From: Conidiobolus incongruus B7586
Taxonomy: Eukaryota
NCBI GenBank assembly: GCA_000697335.1
Contig: JNEM01009894.1
Span: 1 to 64,000 of the forward strand
DNA length: 64,000 nucleotides
Direction: 5' to 3'
Below the pieces are notes generated by a model, which worked only from the letters and a program-made list of their open reading frames with translations, did not search any database and was not told the origin of the DNA. Shown here piece after piece: positions 43,507 through 56,512 of the stretch (the first letter of the stretch is position 1; the number at the start of each line of letters is the position of its first letter). The position numbers were made by a program, and so were the translations under genes.

Positions 43507-43916
43507 TGTGTTGAAAGAGTTGAAATTGGGGATAAACGCAATTTACTTTATCCTATACTTATAAGCACGGGTTGATTAAATAGTGCAGGTCTTCTGGAAA
43601 GTAGATTTGCAATAAAGATCATGTAGATTCGATAAAACGAGTCAAGGACGAATAACCAGATACTTTAAAGGGTTTTATTAAAATATCAAGATTTAGAGCT
43701 TGGCCCTAGTCAAGGTTATCCCTAAGCGAATAGGTGCCCAGTAACTATTTTATAGTGTGGTTAGTTCTTTGCCAATGTGTTGAAATTCCAATTACTGTTA
43801 TAGTCTGGAATTTTCCATCTTGAAAGGATTGTGCCTGGAATTTGTGAGTGGATTACATTCGGAATCATGACGGACAGTTAAAGTTGAATTGCGAGCGGAC
43901 CTACTGATCCGCGACA
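43507..43916 (-). mobile_element. Candidate solo LTR (alternatively an ncRNA)
   Basis: 410-bp non-coding island richer in GC than its flanks; TG...CA ends; minus strand has TATAAAA followed ~70 nt later by AATAAA; no target-site duplication seen. Confidence 0.4.
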
Positions 43917-44716
43917 ATAGTATAAATGATAATGTTATTGATTTATCTAAACTTTATTAACTAATATACATTTTAATATGCAAGGTTAAATAATTCAATA
44001 TCAGCTTCCAATTTTAGCATAAAATTTTTCCAGTGACTAGTAAGTGAATAACCTATGTTAATTTTATTTCTATATAATGGTTGCGATAAAGATTCTGAAT
44101 TATATATAAATGCAATTTCGATTGATAGTAATTGCTTTATATAATTAATATATTGGCTAAAGTAATAAACATTTTGAACAATATATGTTATATTTTAGTT
44201 TGTCATGATATCCAAAATAAGATTAGTTAATTTGTGTTTTATTCTTCAATTGATTATTTCAAATAATTTTTAAATGGTAATAGGAGTGGAAATAACCTAG
44301 ATAACACAACTTAAGTTCCCATTCCCAAAGCAATTTTTTATTTCTAAATTTATTATAAAATATGATTTTGAATCTAGGAAATTTGAATATATATTATATA
44401 TAACTTTGATAAAATTGGCAAAGTTCTGTTAGTAAAAATATTCCCAATATAATAATCAAAAAAGCTCAAATTTTATTAATTGTATAAAATCAGCATCATT
44501 TTTATAGTGATTTGATTGCAAAATTTTAATTCAATATATAACAAAAGTTTAAAATATTCACCTGAAAACTTATTTTTTAATTAACATATACTTGAATAGA
44601 AAATGTAAATTAGCATTTATTTGGAATTAATTACACAATCCAACAATATTATATCAGTTCAGCAATTTAAATATTAAAAATTAATTTAAAATAAAATAGT
44701 ATTTGATTTATTAATA

Positions 44717-47700
44717 TTACTTCTTACTTAATCTTTCTTGGATAAAGGCATCAATTCTAGCCTTGAGCTCAACATCTGGAACCACCATATCGATAGTTAA
44801 AGGCTGACGATTAAAAGGATCAGTACTATCACTTAGCAAATGTGATTTGATGGTAGAAAGATCAATGGTAATGCCTGACGTAGGCAATTTGACAGGATTT
44901 CGCATCAAGGTGGACATCAAAGGATCTTCAAACTCAGGAGGGAAGTCTTGTAAAATTTCATCTTCCAGTTGCAAATCTTGGACTTTAGCTTCAACTTTTT
45001 TGACCAGTTGACCCAGCCTTTCTAAATAACTAGCGTTCTTCAAACCAAATTTGCCAAGAATGTTGATTGCCCTATCAAAGTATGATACTTTGAAAGATCT
45101 TTGGTCATTTGCCATAGCTTTGATGAAACGATCCGATTCTAAATTCAAATAGATATCCATCAAACTACCTAGTAACTTTTTGGGGTTGAACTGGTACTTT
45201 TCTGGGTTATTGACCTTAAGCTCTGTACATTTAGGTCCTACTAGTCCACTTAAAGTATAGTTCAGCATAGCGGCCAAACGATCGACAATTTCTTCAGATA
45301 AGAATGGCTTTCTGTTCTCCAAGGTAAGATAGCCCAACATGGCAACATTTTCATTACTAAGAGCAACATAAGAACCAGCTTGACGTTCATCACTATGCAA
45401 AGTTTCTAATCTCTGTTCACGATGTTCTTGAGTTTCGGAATTCCATTGTTGGAGATTATTCATTTCGGTTTGAATTGAATGGATTTCTGAAAGTTTTGAA
45501 AGAGCTTCAAAGAGTAAGTGAGTAGTATCGTTCATTAACAAATTAACAAATTTCACGAAGAAATCCATATTTTTGGCTTGCTCAGAGAGTCGTTGACGAT
45601 GCTCATTGTGGTTCCAGAGCACTTTGAATAATAAAGCAATATTATATCTTACATTAAATTTATCATGGAATTGTGAGCTTAGACCTGTATGTTCGACATC
45701 AACATAAAATTTCATCAGGGATGGTAATAAATGAGCGAGTGCGAGTGGGTCTCCTAACAGAAGTGAGCCAATAGGAGATTCCGTGGGGCTATAGTGATTC
45801 ATAACTGAATAAAACAAGGTTTCAATTAACTGAATCTTGGTGTGCGGATTTTTGATCAATTCAGAGTGGGTTAAAAAGGTAATGATAAATGTGACCAGAT
45901 CTTGAGGAGATACAAGAGTGAAAGCTTTGGGATTATTCCTATAATATTGTGGTTAGAATGAAGTCATAAATTCGAATACTCATATCTACTTGGCTTGGTA
46001 AAGGAAGAATTCCGAAATATCTCCAAGGTAGTGCTCGGGAAGCATACAAAGTTGTGGAGATGGTTGCCCTTGAATTGGTAATCTGAATTAAAACAAAAAT
46101 TAATATTGATAAAAAAAATAGGTGTGATATTATATTACGTAATACGGGTTTGTGGATGTTGAGATGCGGGATCAACTAATCTAACTAACCAAGCGCAAGC
46201 CAAGTTAAAAAACAAGAAACACGACTCAGTCAATCCCTCGTCCATCAAAATCAAATCAGTTGTTAATATACTCCCTTGAATGGCCTTTAATTGCATCTGG
46301 CATCTCTTAAGCATGAGAGCTTGATTAGGATTAGCTGATTCAGCACCTTGTTGCTCCAGGGTTTCAATTTGTTCTTGTAAATATTCTTTCTCTCTTTGAA
46401 GTCTTCGATGTTTAGAGCATAATGTAAGGTAGCCATAATGAAAGTAGCGATATGTAAGATGGAAGATGTGGGATATAAAATTGACATCTAAAGCATAAAT
46501 TTAGAAAATTAAACAAGTAATTTAAATAATTAATTACTATTAGTGTAATTAGACTGTTTTACAAACTCTTCAACTTGTTCTTTGCTGGCATTGATTCTGA
46601 CTGCATCTTTTAGATCAATCAAGTTAGATTTGGAAAAGTAGTCAGGATCGATTTTATGAATCTAAAGAAGATATTAATAATAGATATAAGTATTAGTGGC
46701 ATATATTACGCTATTATGAAATCTATCAATGAAAGGCTGACAGAACTTTAATAAAATTAAATTCCAATTAACGATGAAGCGATCAGATGACACTTCAGCT
46801 GCATTGACCTAAAATATATTAGTTGAAAAGGATATTTGAAAATAATTGGGATATTTTACTTGAATACCATCCTTTTTAGTGTTACGATCAATGATATCAG
46901 CTAATAATTTTAATGTAGCATCTTTAGATTCAGAAGATGATCGAATAATTTGATTAACCAAATCAAATAAGGTGTCCTATTGATAGTTGGATTAGATGTT
47001 ATGTATAAATAAATGATTTCATAGGAATATACCAAAATACGGCTGAAAGTGAGTCTTAAACTAGAGTTAGTAGATTGGATATCTTTGACTAATTCGCGAT
47101 TGTTATCAAAGAAAAACTTGAATGCAATTGGGTTGGTCATATCGGATAAAACGGAAAGTCTGAATGCAGGGCCTAAAGCAATAGTCGATTCAATTTGGAG
47201 AGCACTTTGAAGATCAGATGCTGGCATCCAATTGGATAATTTGGGAAAATGGTTAGCGATGGTTTTGTGCTGAAGTAAAATAGTCAATGCCTAGAGATGT
47301 TGATATTAAATTAATATAAATTTGGTAAACTCTATATCTTACTTTTAAAGGAGTCCTGAAATCATCAGCAATTGTAAATTTCATAAGAGCCATATTAATA
47401 GCATTCACCAATGGATCCAAAATCTATATAAAATATAAGTATAAATCACAATTTCAATAAAAAATAGTAATTACATTAACGAGTTCATCATCTTGGAAAC
47501 GGTTATAAAGCTGAACAATGAATGCTTCTTGGATCATTCTATTGTCATCAGGCTCTAATACCATTCTATGAGCGAAACTTGGACAGTTGCTAAAATAATA
47601 TTAATATAAATTATTAAGGATACTCAAGATTATTTACTATTCAGAATTGGGATACATATCAGGGTATGAGATAGATAAACCAATATAGCTAACTAAAAGC

Positions 47701-48202
47701 TCCATAGTCTTATTTAAACTTTGGACTCTTTCTTCAACTACTTTGGGATCCAAGTTTTTAGCTTTAACAACCATATTCTTTTTGATTTCGTTACAACTCG
47801 CCCAACAATCATAAAGATAGTCAAAAACCGTTGGTGTATTTGGTGGCAAATCAAAGAATAATCTTGATACCAAAGCCCCATCCAAAGTAGAAGAGGTTAA
47901 TAAGAAAGGCTTCTCAACTAATAAATATTTAGTAATCAATATTAATCTGATATCAAGGTAGCTTACAGTTTGCTTCTTCTAATTCTGAAGCAAATTGAGA
48001 AAGATATAATTGATTGGGATTATCAGTTGGCTATAATTTTGATTAGTTTAAGTGAATAAAATATAAATATAAGTATACCTGTAAAGTAAAGCGAAAGATT
48101 CTAGTAAAAGCAGTGTTTTCCCATTGTTGCAAACTCTAAAATAAAGCTCGATAAAATTACAATTTGATAAAATTTTAACTGGAATACCTTTGTATCAGAC
48201 AT
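44717..48202 (-). CDS. UFD2: Ubiquitin conjugation factor E4 (U-box)
   Basis: IKNPHTK, QFHDKFNVRYNI, FVNLLMNDTT, GPKCTELKV, U-box EFEDPLMSTLMRNPVKLPTS...DPFNRQPL; many introns; ATG ~48202. Confidence 0.96.
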
Positions 48203-48926
48203 TATTTAGTTTGGAAATAATTCAAAGATTAATAATTTATTATAATATAATTATGCTGTATAATTTTTATGAAAGATAAGGTTTAGATATTTGATATTTT
48301 TTGTTGTGATTTTGATGAACGAGTTGAAGTTTGATGGTATTAAAATGCAGTCGTCATCTTCAAATTATTTAATCAAATTTATTAGATAAATTAAACAATG
48401 GGACATATAACATTTTAGTGATTATTTGGTGGGAAATATATAGCCATTTTCAATACACCATTATTTTTTAACTTGAAAAAATGTCAATTTGTAATTTTAA
48501 TACGGCTTTTGATAGGATAAAGTATTATAATAATTTATTACTGTGATCAAAATGAAATTAATATTTGATGAAATATATATATATATACTAAAAGTGATAT
48601 CAGAAATAGCTGGCGTATTAAGTGTATTTTTAATTTATATAGGTATTCGTTTAAATATGTTGAAATAAAAACAAATATATATTGATTTTGTTAATACAAT
48701 TTATATGATAAATATATGGGTATGATATGATTAAAGTTTATATTTAAAATTGTGTGATTTATTCACAGAAAACATTTGTTCAAATACTATCAAAATTTTA
48801 ATTCTCAAGTAATTGTTAAGGTTGAAAAGTTAAAAAATTCTGATTAAAAAACATATAAAGATATATTTATTTTATTTAATTATATTTTACTATATTTTGA
48901 ATAATCATTAATTTGTTTGTTATATT

Positions 48927-49356
48927 GGGGAATAATCTTGACAATAACTCAAGTAACTATAATTACCGCACTGAATCAAGAAGTCACTTTGGGAGTCACT
49001 TCTTTCATACACTGATTGATTCTGTTGTTTTCTGAGAGAGACTTGCTCTTAACTATAAAAGTCAACAATAACAGTTAATATAAGATTACTGTGAGCAAAC
49101 CAGTAAACGTCATCTAATTATCTTTATTCCAAAAGTATAACATCCCTAAGTTTTCTCGTAAGGCTCACATACAGCATTGAGTCATGACGAGTGCCAGATA
49201 TTTACTTTATTCAAGGAACTCAATTCACAGCAAGCCATTTTCACCTTATTTGGTGAAGCCCATTAATTTCCCATAACTTTGTGGTAAACCCTTGTTTACA
49301 ACTGGCGATTTCTAGTTCAAGCTCTAAAAGTCTATCTCTATCCACATTTGCATTCG
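48927..49356 (-). ncRNA. Candidate structured ncRNA, copy A
   Basis: Diverged inverted paralog of 52548-52977; no shared ORF; conserved helices with compensatory and G-U changes. Confidence 0.5.
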
Positions 49357-52300
49357 GGAGTTAAAACAACTAATTTATTTTTTGAATATATTTTTTATTA
49401 GTTAATCATCAAGGATTATAATATTCATTAATTGAATATTTGAAAGTAAAAAATATATTATTTTTAAATAACATAATATAATATTACTATGAATTTAGAA
49501 AAAAAATGATTATTAAATCCTTGGTTAAAATGGATATTTATTTAATTGAGTCTCAATTTTATATGTCAGTATTAATTTTTAATTCATTAATAAACATGAA
49601 TGAAAAATAATATATGAAATTAATAATATCTAATGCGCTAAATAACCCCCTCCCATAACTTTCAAAGTTACCTAACATCTGAAAATATCTCTTTGTAATT
49701 CAGATATAAAATCAATATTCTTAGTTTTATTTTTTTGTTCATAAAATTTCAATATCTGTGATAAAATTATATTTTTCTAAATTCCATAAAAATTAAAACA
49801 TTAAGATATTAACTAGGCGAATATTGCGCACATGATAAAAACAACTATCAATTTTATAATATGGAATTTTTTATTATTCTTGGTTTGTAAGGTCTACATT
49901 TATCTTGTATAAAAGTGGCTTTTGTTGAGTTTTTTAGCTCTGACCGATTATAAAATATATTTCTTCAAAAACAAGTTTAGATTATTTATGTCATTGAAAT
50001 TTCATCAGGTAATAGATTAAAGAAGCACATTTTATCATAGTACATTCCCATTACTAAAAGCTTTTTCTTATCATATAATTCATGCCTTGCGTTGTTAGGT
50101 ATTGTGACACTTTTTAATCCAAATGAAAGCTTGCTATAAGAAATAGAATCATAGAGAGAATACCAACTTTCATCTTTACTATATTTCTGAGCATATTAGA
50201 CTTAAAATTATAATTTGAAAGATTCGCAATAGCATTTTCTACTATTCGCCTTTTCCGCTTTATAGATAAAACATGTGGCATTCATTTTCAATTTTTTGAC
50301 AATTCAAACTATTTGGTCAAAATAGAGTACATTGTACCATGATTAATATTAAATTTAGCACACATTTCTTTGTTGGAAAATTATGATGTTTTGCTATACA
50401 TTTCTAAATTTTTGATATTTGAGTTTAATGTTGCAACACTGGGAATCATGATTCAAGAAAATCTTAAAGTCTATAATTCCTTCTCAAAATGCTTAATCCA
50501 GTGATTCATAGAAACAATAGAAAAAGTATTGTGTGAACATGCTTTCTTTTAAATGTTATATATTTGGTAGTATGCATAAATATAGATAAAAAATTTTTAT
50601 CAATGATGTCTGATTAAATTTTTCAATAGTTCAATTTTGGTTCATTTATTCAAACTAAAAAAGTACATAAAAATCTAAAATTTTCAGTGCTATGTTACGT
50701 TTTAAAATAAATCAAAATCTCATTATATTATAACAATGTTTTAAAAAATACTTAAAACAATTAACACTCTAACAAATTTGAAAAACTATCTAATATAGAA
50801 TTTAATAAAATGAATAAAATTTGGGATATGGTATATTTATAATACTTATAATATATAGGTCTATACTTAAAGCAAGTAAAAAATGTTGCCAAATAGTCAA
50901 AATATATAAAATTTAATATAAATGAATATATTGATTTGAAATAAATAGATGCATATCTTTGTTCAGTAGTTGGATAATTGATGTAATTCAAATAATTGAA
51001 ACATGAGAAATATGAAAGTGCAAAAAATTTACTAATTTAATGAGTATATTAGTATTTGGGAATAAATTCTCTGCATTTTTAAGCAACGGAATAACTTTAC
51101 TAAAATTGGATAAGATAGTAAATATTTAATCATAAATTTATATTATACTGAAAATTAACCTTTCTTCAGTTAATTCACTCGCGATATTTTTGGAATCAAA
51201 ATATTTATTAAAATTTAACCAAAATAGTCTCGAATATATGAAGATGTTGATATTATTAAATCATTTTTGCAGTAAATATGGATTTTCATTTCAAATTATT
51301 CAGGTGAATCAATTTTCTAATATTTCTAATGCAGAAATAAATATGAAAGAATTATATAGGAACTAGATTTAATGGATGACTTGTAACTATGAATTATTTT
51401 CTTAATTTTTGTGCTAAATTGGGAATATATTTTATGAATATTTCAAAATAAATTCAATTCAAATGTTATAATCTGTTTAAAATAAACCAAATTATTACAA
51501 CTTGAAAAAGATACAATATTCTTTCAATCAGAAAAATATAAATAATGAAAGGGATAATAAATCCAGAATTGTATGTAAATTCAAACTTTAATGAGGAAAT
51601 ATATAACATGAATATTACTATAATCATTGATTCAAATAAAATCAAATTTTATATTTTCATATCTATATTTAAGGTTAAACTCATCCAAAATAATTACATA
51701 TTCACTAAAAATAGTCAGTTAAATAAATACTGAGAATATTTGAAAATATATTTTACCTCTATTAGACTAAAATAAATAATAAAATTTGTGATACACGATC
51801 TCGATCATTCTGAGAACATATCTTTTTAGATTCTATAATGTAAAATATATTCACAATATTCACATTGATCGTTTGGATTCACTAATAAACTATATATGAA
51901 TATTGAGGAGAAAATAATTGTTTATATTTCCTAATATATGCTTTACTTCGTATAATCATTGTAAATATATGTAATTTATAATATAATACAACCTTATCAA
52001 ATATTTGATCCAATTATAATATAATCTCTATTGTGAAAAATTTAAAATATTAAATACCAGCTAGTAAATATAAAAAAGTGACAAATTTTAGAGGTGGTGT
52101 TTAATGAAGAATGCTGTATTATATGTATATAATACTCTAATAGAATATAGTGTAATAGGATTATATTACAAGTGTCTGAATTTTGAATTAAATTAATTTA
52201 TTCAGCAACCATATATTCGCATCTTGAAATAATTAAAAATAAAGTTACTATATTACTTCCTAAGAAAATTTTTATATTAATTAATTAAAATTGTTTATCA

Positions 52301-52547
52301 TGTTATTAAGAATTAAAAATCATAATATTAATTTTGATATTTAATATAATATTGATATATCCTTAATTTAAATTAATATATTTTTATCGTTAGTTAAATT
52401 TGAATACAAATAATTTATATTTATTACTTTAAAATAATTATTTATTCTATTATTTTATTCATAAAATTCTTTTATCATATTTTATACTATTAAAATTAAA
52501 AACAAATCGCGAAAAAGAATTGCTGATATATTAAAAGATTCTTATGA

Positions 52548-52977
52548 CGACTGTAATTGTGAGAGGAAATCAAATTTTAAAGATTAAACGTGGAATCACC
52601 AGTTGTAAACAAGGGTTTACCACAAAGTTTTGAGAAATTAATGGGATTCACTAAATGAAGTGAAAATGGCTTGCTGTGAATCGGGTCCTTCGAGTAAAGC
52701 AAATATCTCACGCTCGTCACGACTCAACACTTTGGTGAGGGCTACGAGAAAAACTTGGAGACTGAATACTTTTGAAATAATGATAAAAGAGATGTGTTTA
52801 TTAATTTGTTCGTGATAATCTTATATTAGCTTCCATTGTTGATTTTTATGGATAGAAATGACTCAGTGACAGAAAGGAACACAACCACCCAATTCAGGAA
52901 ATGAGTGTTCTCCGAGGTGACTTCTTAATTTAGTGTGGTAATCACAATTTCTTGACTGATTGACAAGATTGTTTTCC
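52548..52977 (+). ncRNA. Candidate structured ncRNA, copy B
   Basis: Identical 31-nt (52599-52629) and 22-nt (52660-52681) blocks shared with copy A; stops in all six frames. Confidence 0.5.
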
Positions 52978-55634
52978 ATCACTTAAGATAAAATTTTTCA
53001 AATTGAAATATTCAAAAACAAATTTATAAAGGAAATATAATTAATACTCAAAAATTATATTTGTTTTAAATCAATTTTTGAACAATATAAGTATATTTTC
53101 AAGAATTAAAATTTTTTTCTTTGGATCAATTTAAAAAGTTGAACTATTTCCATTTCATATCATATAATCAATTTGAATATCACAACTTAATATATATATA
53201 ATTGATAGTTAATTATCAATAATATATATTTTAATATTATTGTGATATTTTTGCGATATTCTGATTGGTTAATGTATTATAAATATATATATAATCTCAA
53301 TATTTATTCTTGAAACCATCAATTAAAGCCTGATCCTTACATTATCCTTTGATTGATTCTTTATACTCGGTATTAAAAGTAAGGGATAATTTTATTGATT
53401 ACTCGATTGGTAAATATATATAATATGTATATATTTGTTATAGAATATATATATGTAATTGAATCATTAGACTAAATTATATATTTATTAGCTATCAGCA
53501 CCATTAATCCCTATTAAATATATAATGAATATTAAATAAAATTTAAATTTGTGGTTTTACTATTATATTATATACTAATATTAATATAAATATAAAAAAA
53601 TTTTTAATTGAATATGGTTGATTCGAATTAAATTAATGGATTCGAGCTCAATCCTAAAAGATTGAATCACTCATTTCAAATTTATAAGAAATAATTGTAA
53701 TACTCTTTATTAGTTATTATATAAATCAAATATTCTATAATGAAATTAATTCAAAAAAAGGATGAATCGTAATTAATTAGTAACTACAATATTATAAAAT
53801 TTATCCAATTCAAAGTATATTATATAAATATAATTCATTAAAATAATTAAATTTAATATTTATAAATCAATAAATACATTAAAGGGGTATTCAATTTAAT
53901 TATTTCTTTAGAGTTTCATATTTAAAAATTTATTTAATCCTGAAAAGATTCATTTTAGTGAATAATTTTTTAATTAACTATAAGTAAAATTTTAACTTCT
54001 CAACTTATATTAAATTGAATATTTAGCGATATCATTAATGTTAAACATCCGATTATTTATAATCGAATAATTGATCTTTGAGATATATTAATTCGACAAT
54101 GAATCAATATAATATTTATCATATATTCAAGATTCGATTGAATTTTAATTGATGTAATATTTGTTTATGTAATTTATGATAATTCCTTTTTTAATCAATC
54201 AATTACTATAAATTACTTAATTCAGATAAAAAAATGGAAAAATTATATATTTTTGTAATTTTTTAGACAATTCAAAAATATATTTATGATTATTTCATAC
54301 TTCATCATCCAATTATATTGAATCGCCTATTGATAGACAATAGGGATGAAAGAAGTGGAGTGAGTGAAGAATGATCTTTGGTAATATTACAATGAAAATA
54401 TATATTCAGAAAAGGATCATTAGCCCTTGCATAAAACCATACAATTAGAAAAGATCGGTATTTTTCCTGATTTTAAGATCTTATTGTGGAGGATAAGAGG
54501 TTATAGAGACTAAAAAACTTTACTCTCCGCAAATTGATAATCATATAGCTTTTATTGGAATTAAAAATGTTTTAAACTCACTCAAGTTTTTGATAACGAT
54601 GAAGTGAAAAACTATAATTAAAGAGGTAATAATATCATCTTAATTAAGTAGAGTCTAATGATAAAGCAAAAATAACGATAAAAGTAGAGGAAATAGAGTA
54701 CATATAAGTAGATCAGATCGACATATTTTATAGAAAACAAAAATTTTAATAATATTTCAGTGTCACCACCACCAAATATTCTTTATAATTGAAATTTTTT
54801 TTAAATTTTAAATTTTAATAAATTAATTTGAATCAATTTTAACCAATCAATTAGTTTGAAATTGCTTATTTTAAATAATGTAAACATTGAGGAGAGTTTG
54901 ATATTTGTATCAAAATGATAAACATTGATTGACGGATTATTGGTAAATGATATAATTATTATATATGAAAAATATATAACCTGATTATTTTTTAAGAATA
55001 TTACATGCTGATCCCTGTGATAATATAATATGAAATGAAATTAGGATTTTCATATTTATTTCAGTCTCCAATTATGCTAAGTTTTTGAGAAACAATTGCT
55101 GAAAACAAATGAAAAATTAAATATAATACATTATTAAGCATATATAATGTGATATTTTATTGTAATCATAAATGAATAAATTAAAGAGCTTATTAGCTGA
55201 AATTTACTCTTGTTAGCTTATTTTGAAAGTGGTAGAAATTAGTTTTTAATCAATTAAGTTAGTGAACAAGATATTAGATGATTGGTGAACTAAATTAACC
55301 CTTGCTAACCTTATTAGGCTGAAGAAATGAGGGGTGTTAGTGGTGATGATTCATGATATGTATTTCTAATCCATTTATATTAGATCTAAGCTGAAAAGGG
55401 GATTGGATAGGGGAAAGGCGGGTAGATTTAATTACTTGTATTCATTTAACTAATTTCAGCTGTTTTGTATATTAATCTAATTAGGCTCATTTCTATTTCA
55501 ATTGAATAGAAGAGATTTTTGAACCCCTGTCACAGTACAACATATTTTAACTAGGATTGGTTGGTTGACTGAATAAACAAAAACAATTTAATTATTACCA
55601 TAGAGAATGATTGAAAGTTTAAGATTTCAATAGA

Positions 55635-55641
55635 TATAAAA
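55635..55641 (+). promoter_or_regulatory. TATA box of the 55721 gene
   Basis: TATAAAA followed by GGGG, 86 bp upstream of the ATG. Confidence 0.55.
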
Positions 55642-55720
55642 GGGGAACCTTTTCCACAGCGTCTATTCAATCACCTGCGCTGCTTTCCTACTTTAATCTT
55701 GACTTAATTAATCTGTTAAA

Positions 55721-56512
55721 ATGGTTTGCGCTCCTGAATTCACTGAAAAATTCGTGCATTTGCAATGCAAAAATTGCACCGACATTAATATTGTTGTACC
55801 TATTAATTTTACACTTGCTCAACTTCATATGATCTTGGTAGAGACACTACATCTTCCAGCTGAGTTAGATGCACCCTACCATTTCCAAACCTCTAGACCA
55901 TCATTTGGCTTAATTAGCCCTTTCATCAGATACTATCCTGATCCTTCTCCCTATCACCACGATGGATGGATTCGTCAGTATCAAACTGGAATCTACCTTG
56001 AACATCCTCATCCACATGCTCCTTTTGAGCCCAATACATCATCCCAATGCTGTGAAATTAGGGATGCCAACCTATGGCCATTGAGTCTCGTACTGGATAT
56101 GAACGAAATGACCAATATTACTTATAATCTTGACAATTTTGAATCCATTCAATTAACTCCAACTTATATCGAAATGATTTCTCATAACGACAACCCCTAC
56201 CTTTCCATGGGTAGACAATGCTCTTTATGTACACGCTCTCAATGCTCATCCAACACTCCCTGCCACATCACGCCGTGTTGTTCCCACTGCCAATTTGCTT
56301 CCAAGCTACCTCTCCCCTTCTTACAAGATCAAACAGTCGACCCAATGGCAATTTCATCAGAACTAAATAATTACATCGTTTCACAGCTTGATATATTAGC
56401 CAAGTCTATCCAAATAGAATCAAAACGCTTTACAAGCAATCCCCAAATGCCTTGTAACTGGATGGAAGAAACTGGAGAATCATGTGTATATTGCACAGAA
56501 AACTATTTGTAA
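55721..56512 (+). CDS. Intronless Cys/His-rich protein; N-terminus weakly resembles pRiA4b ORF3-like domain
   Basis: Clean 263-aa ORF with coding-like GC; IVVPINFTLAQLHMIL motif; CxxC clusters. Confidence 0.8.
   Translation: MVCAPEFTEKFVHLQCKNCTDINIVVPINFTLAQLHMILVETLHLPAELDAPYHFQTSRPSFGLISPFIRYYPDPSPYHHDGWIRQYQTGIYLEHPHPHAPFEPNTSSQCCEIRDANLWPLSLVLDMNEMTNITYNLDNFESIQLTPTYIEMISHNDNPYLSMGRQCSLCTRSQCSSNTPCHITPCCSHCQFASKLPLPFLQDQTVDPMAISSELNNYIVSQLDILAKSIQIESKRFTSNPQMPCNWMEETGESCVYCTENYL

Noticed and set aside
43690..43765. Short matches (TTTAGAGCTTG, TAGTGTGGT) between the 43.5-kb island and the paired ncRNA candidates
   Set aside because: Spacing and order are not colinear; probably chance
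47615..47623. GTATCCTT on the minus strand, resembling a U12 5' splice site in UFD2
   Set aside because: It is internal to an intron whose in-frame donor is an ordinary GTAAAT upstream
49145..49195. ATGA-containing hairpin as a possible SECIS element
   Set aside because: No adjacent in-frame-UGA selenoprotein gene, copy B has ACGA, and the geometry is unconvincing
49283..49316. Hairpin followed 12 nt later by CTAG-T, like a Helitron 3' end
   Set aside because: Copy B lacks the CTRR, and homology between the copies continues past this point
17885..51733. Short Ile/Tyr/Asn/Phe-rich ORFs (17885, 25925, 28662, 28889, 35508, 50761, 51545)
   Set aside because: Composition reflects AT-rich intergenic DNA; no motifs or codon bias
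49357..52547. Region between the inverted copies as the interior of a long-TIR transposon (MULE/foldback)
   Set aside because: No transposase motifs or TSD recognised; 49900-50550 has only faint, stop-ridden hydrophobic coding traces; not fully excluded
54330..54725. Purine-skewed, slightly GC-richer patch that could be a gene relic
   Set aside because: Multiple stops in the frame tried and no recognisable motif
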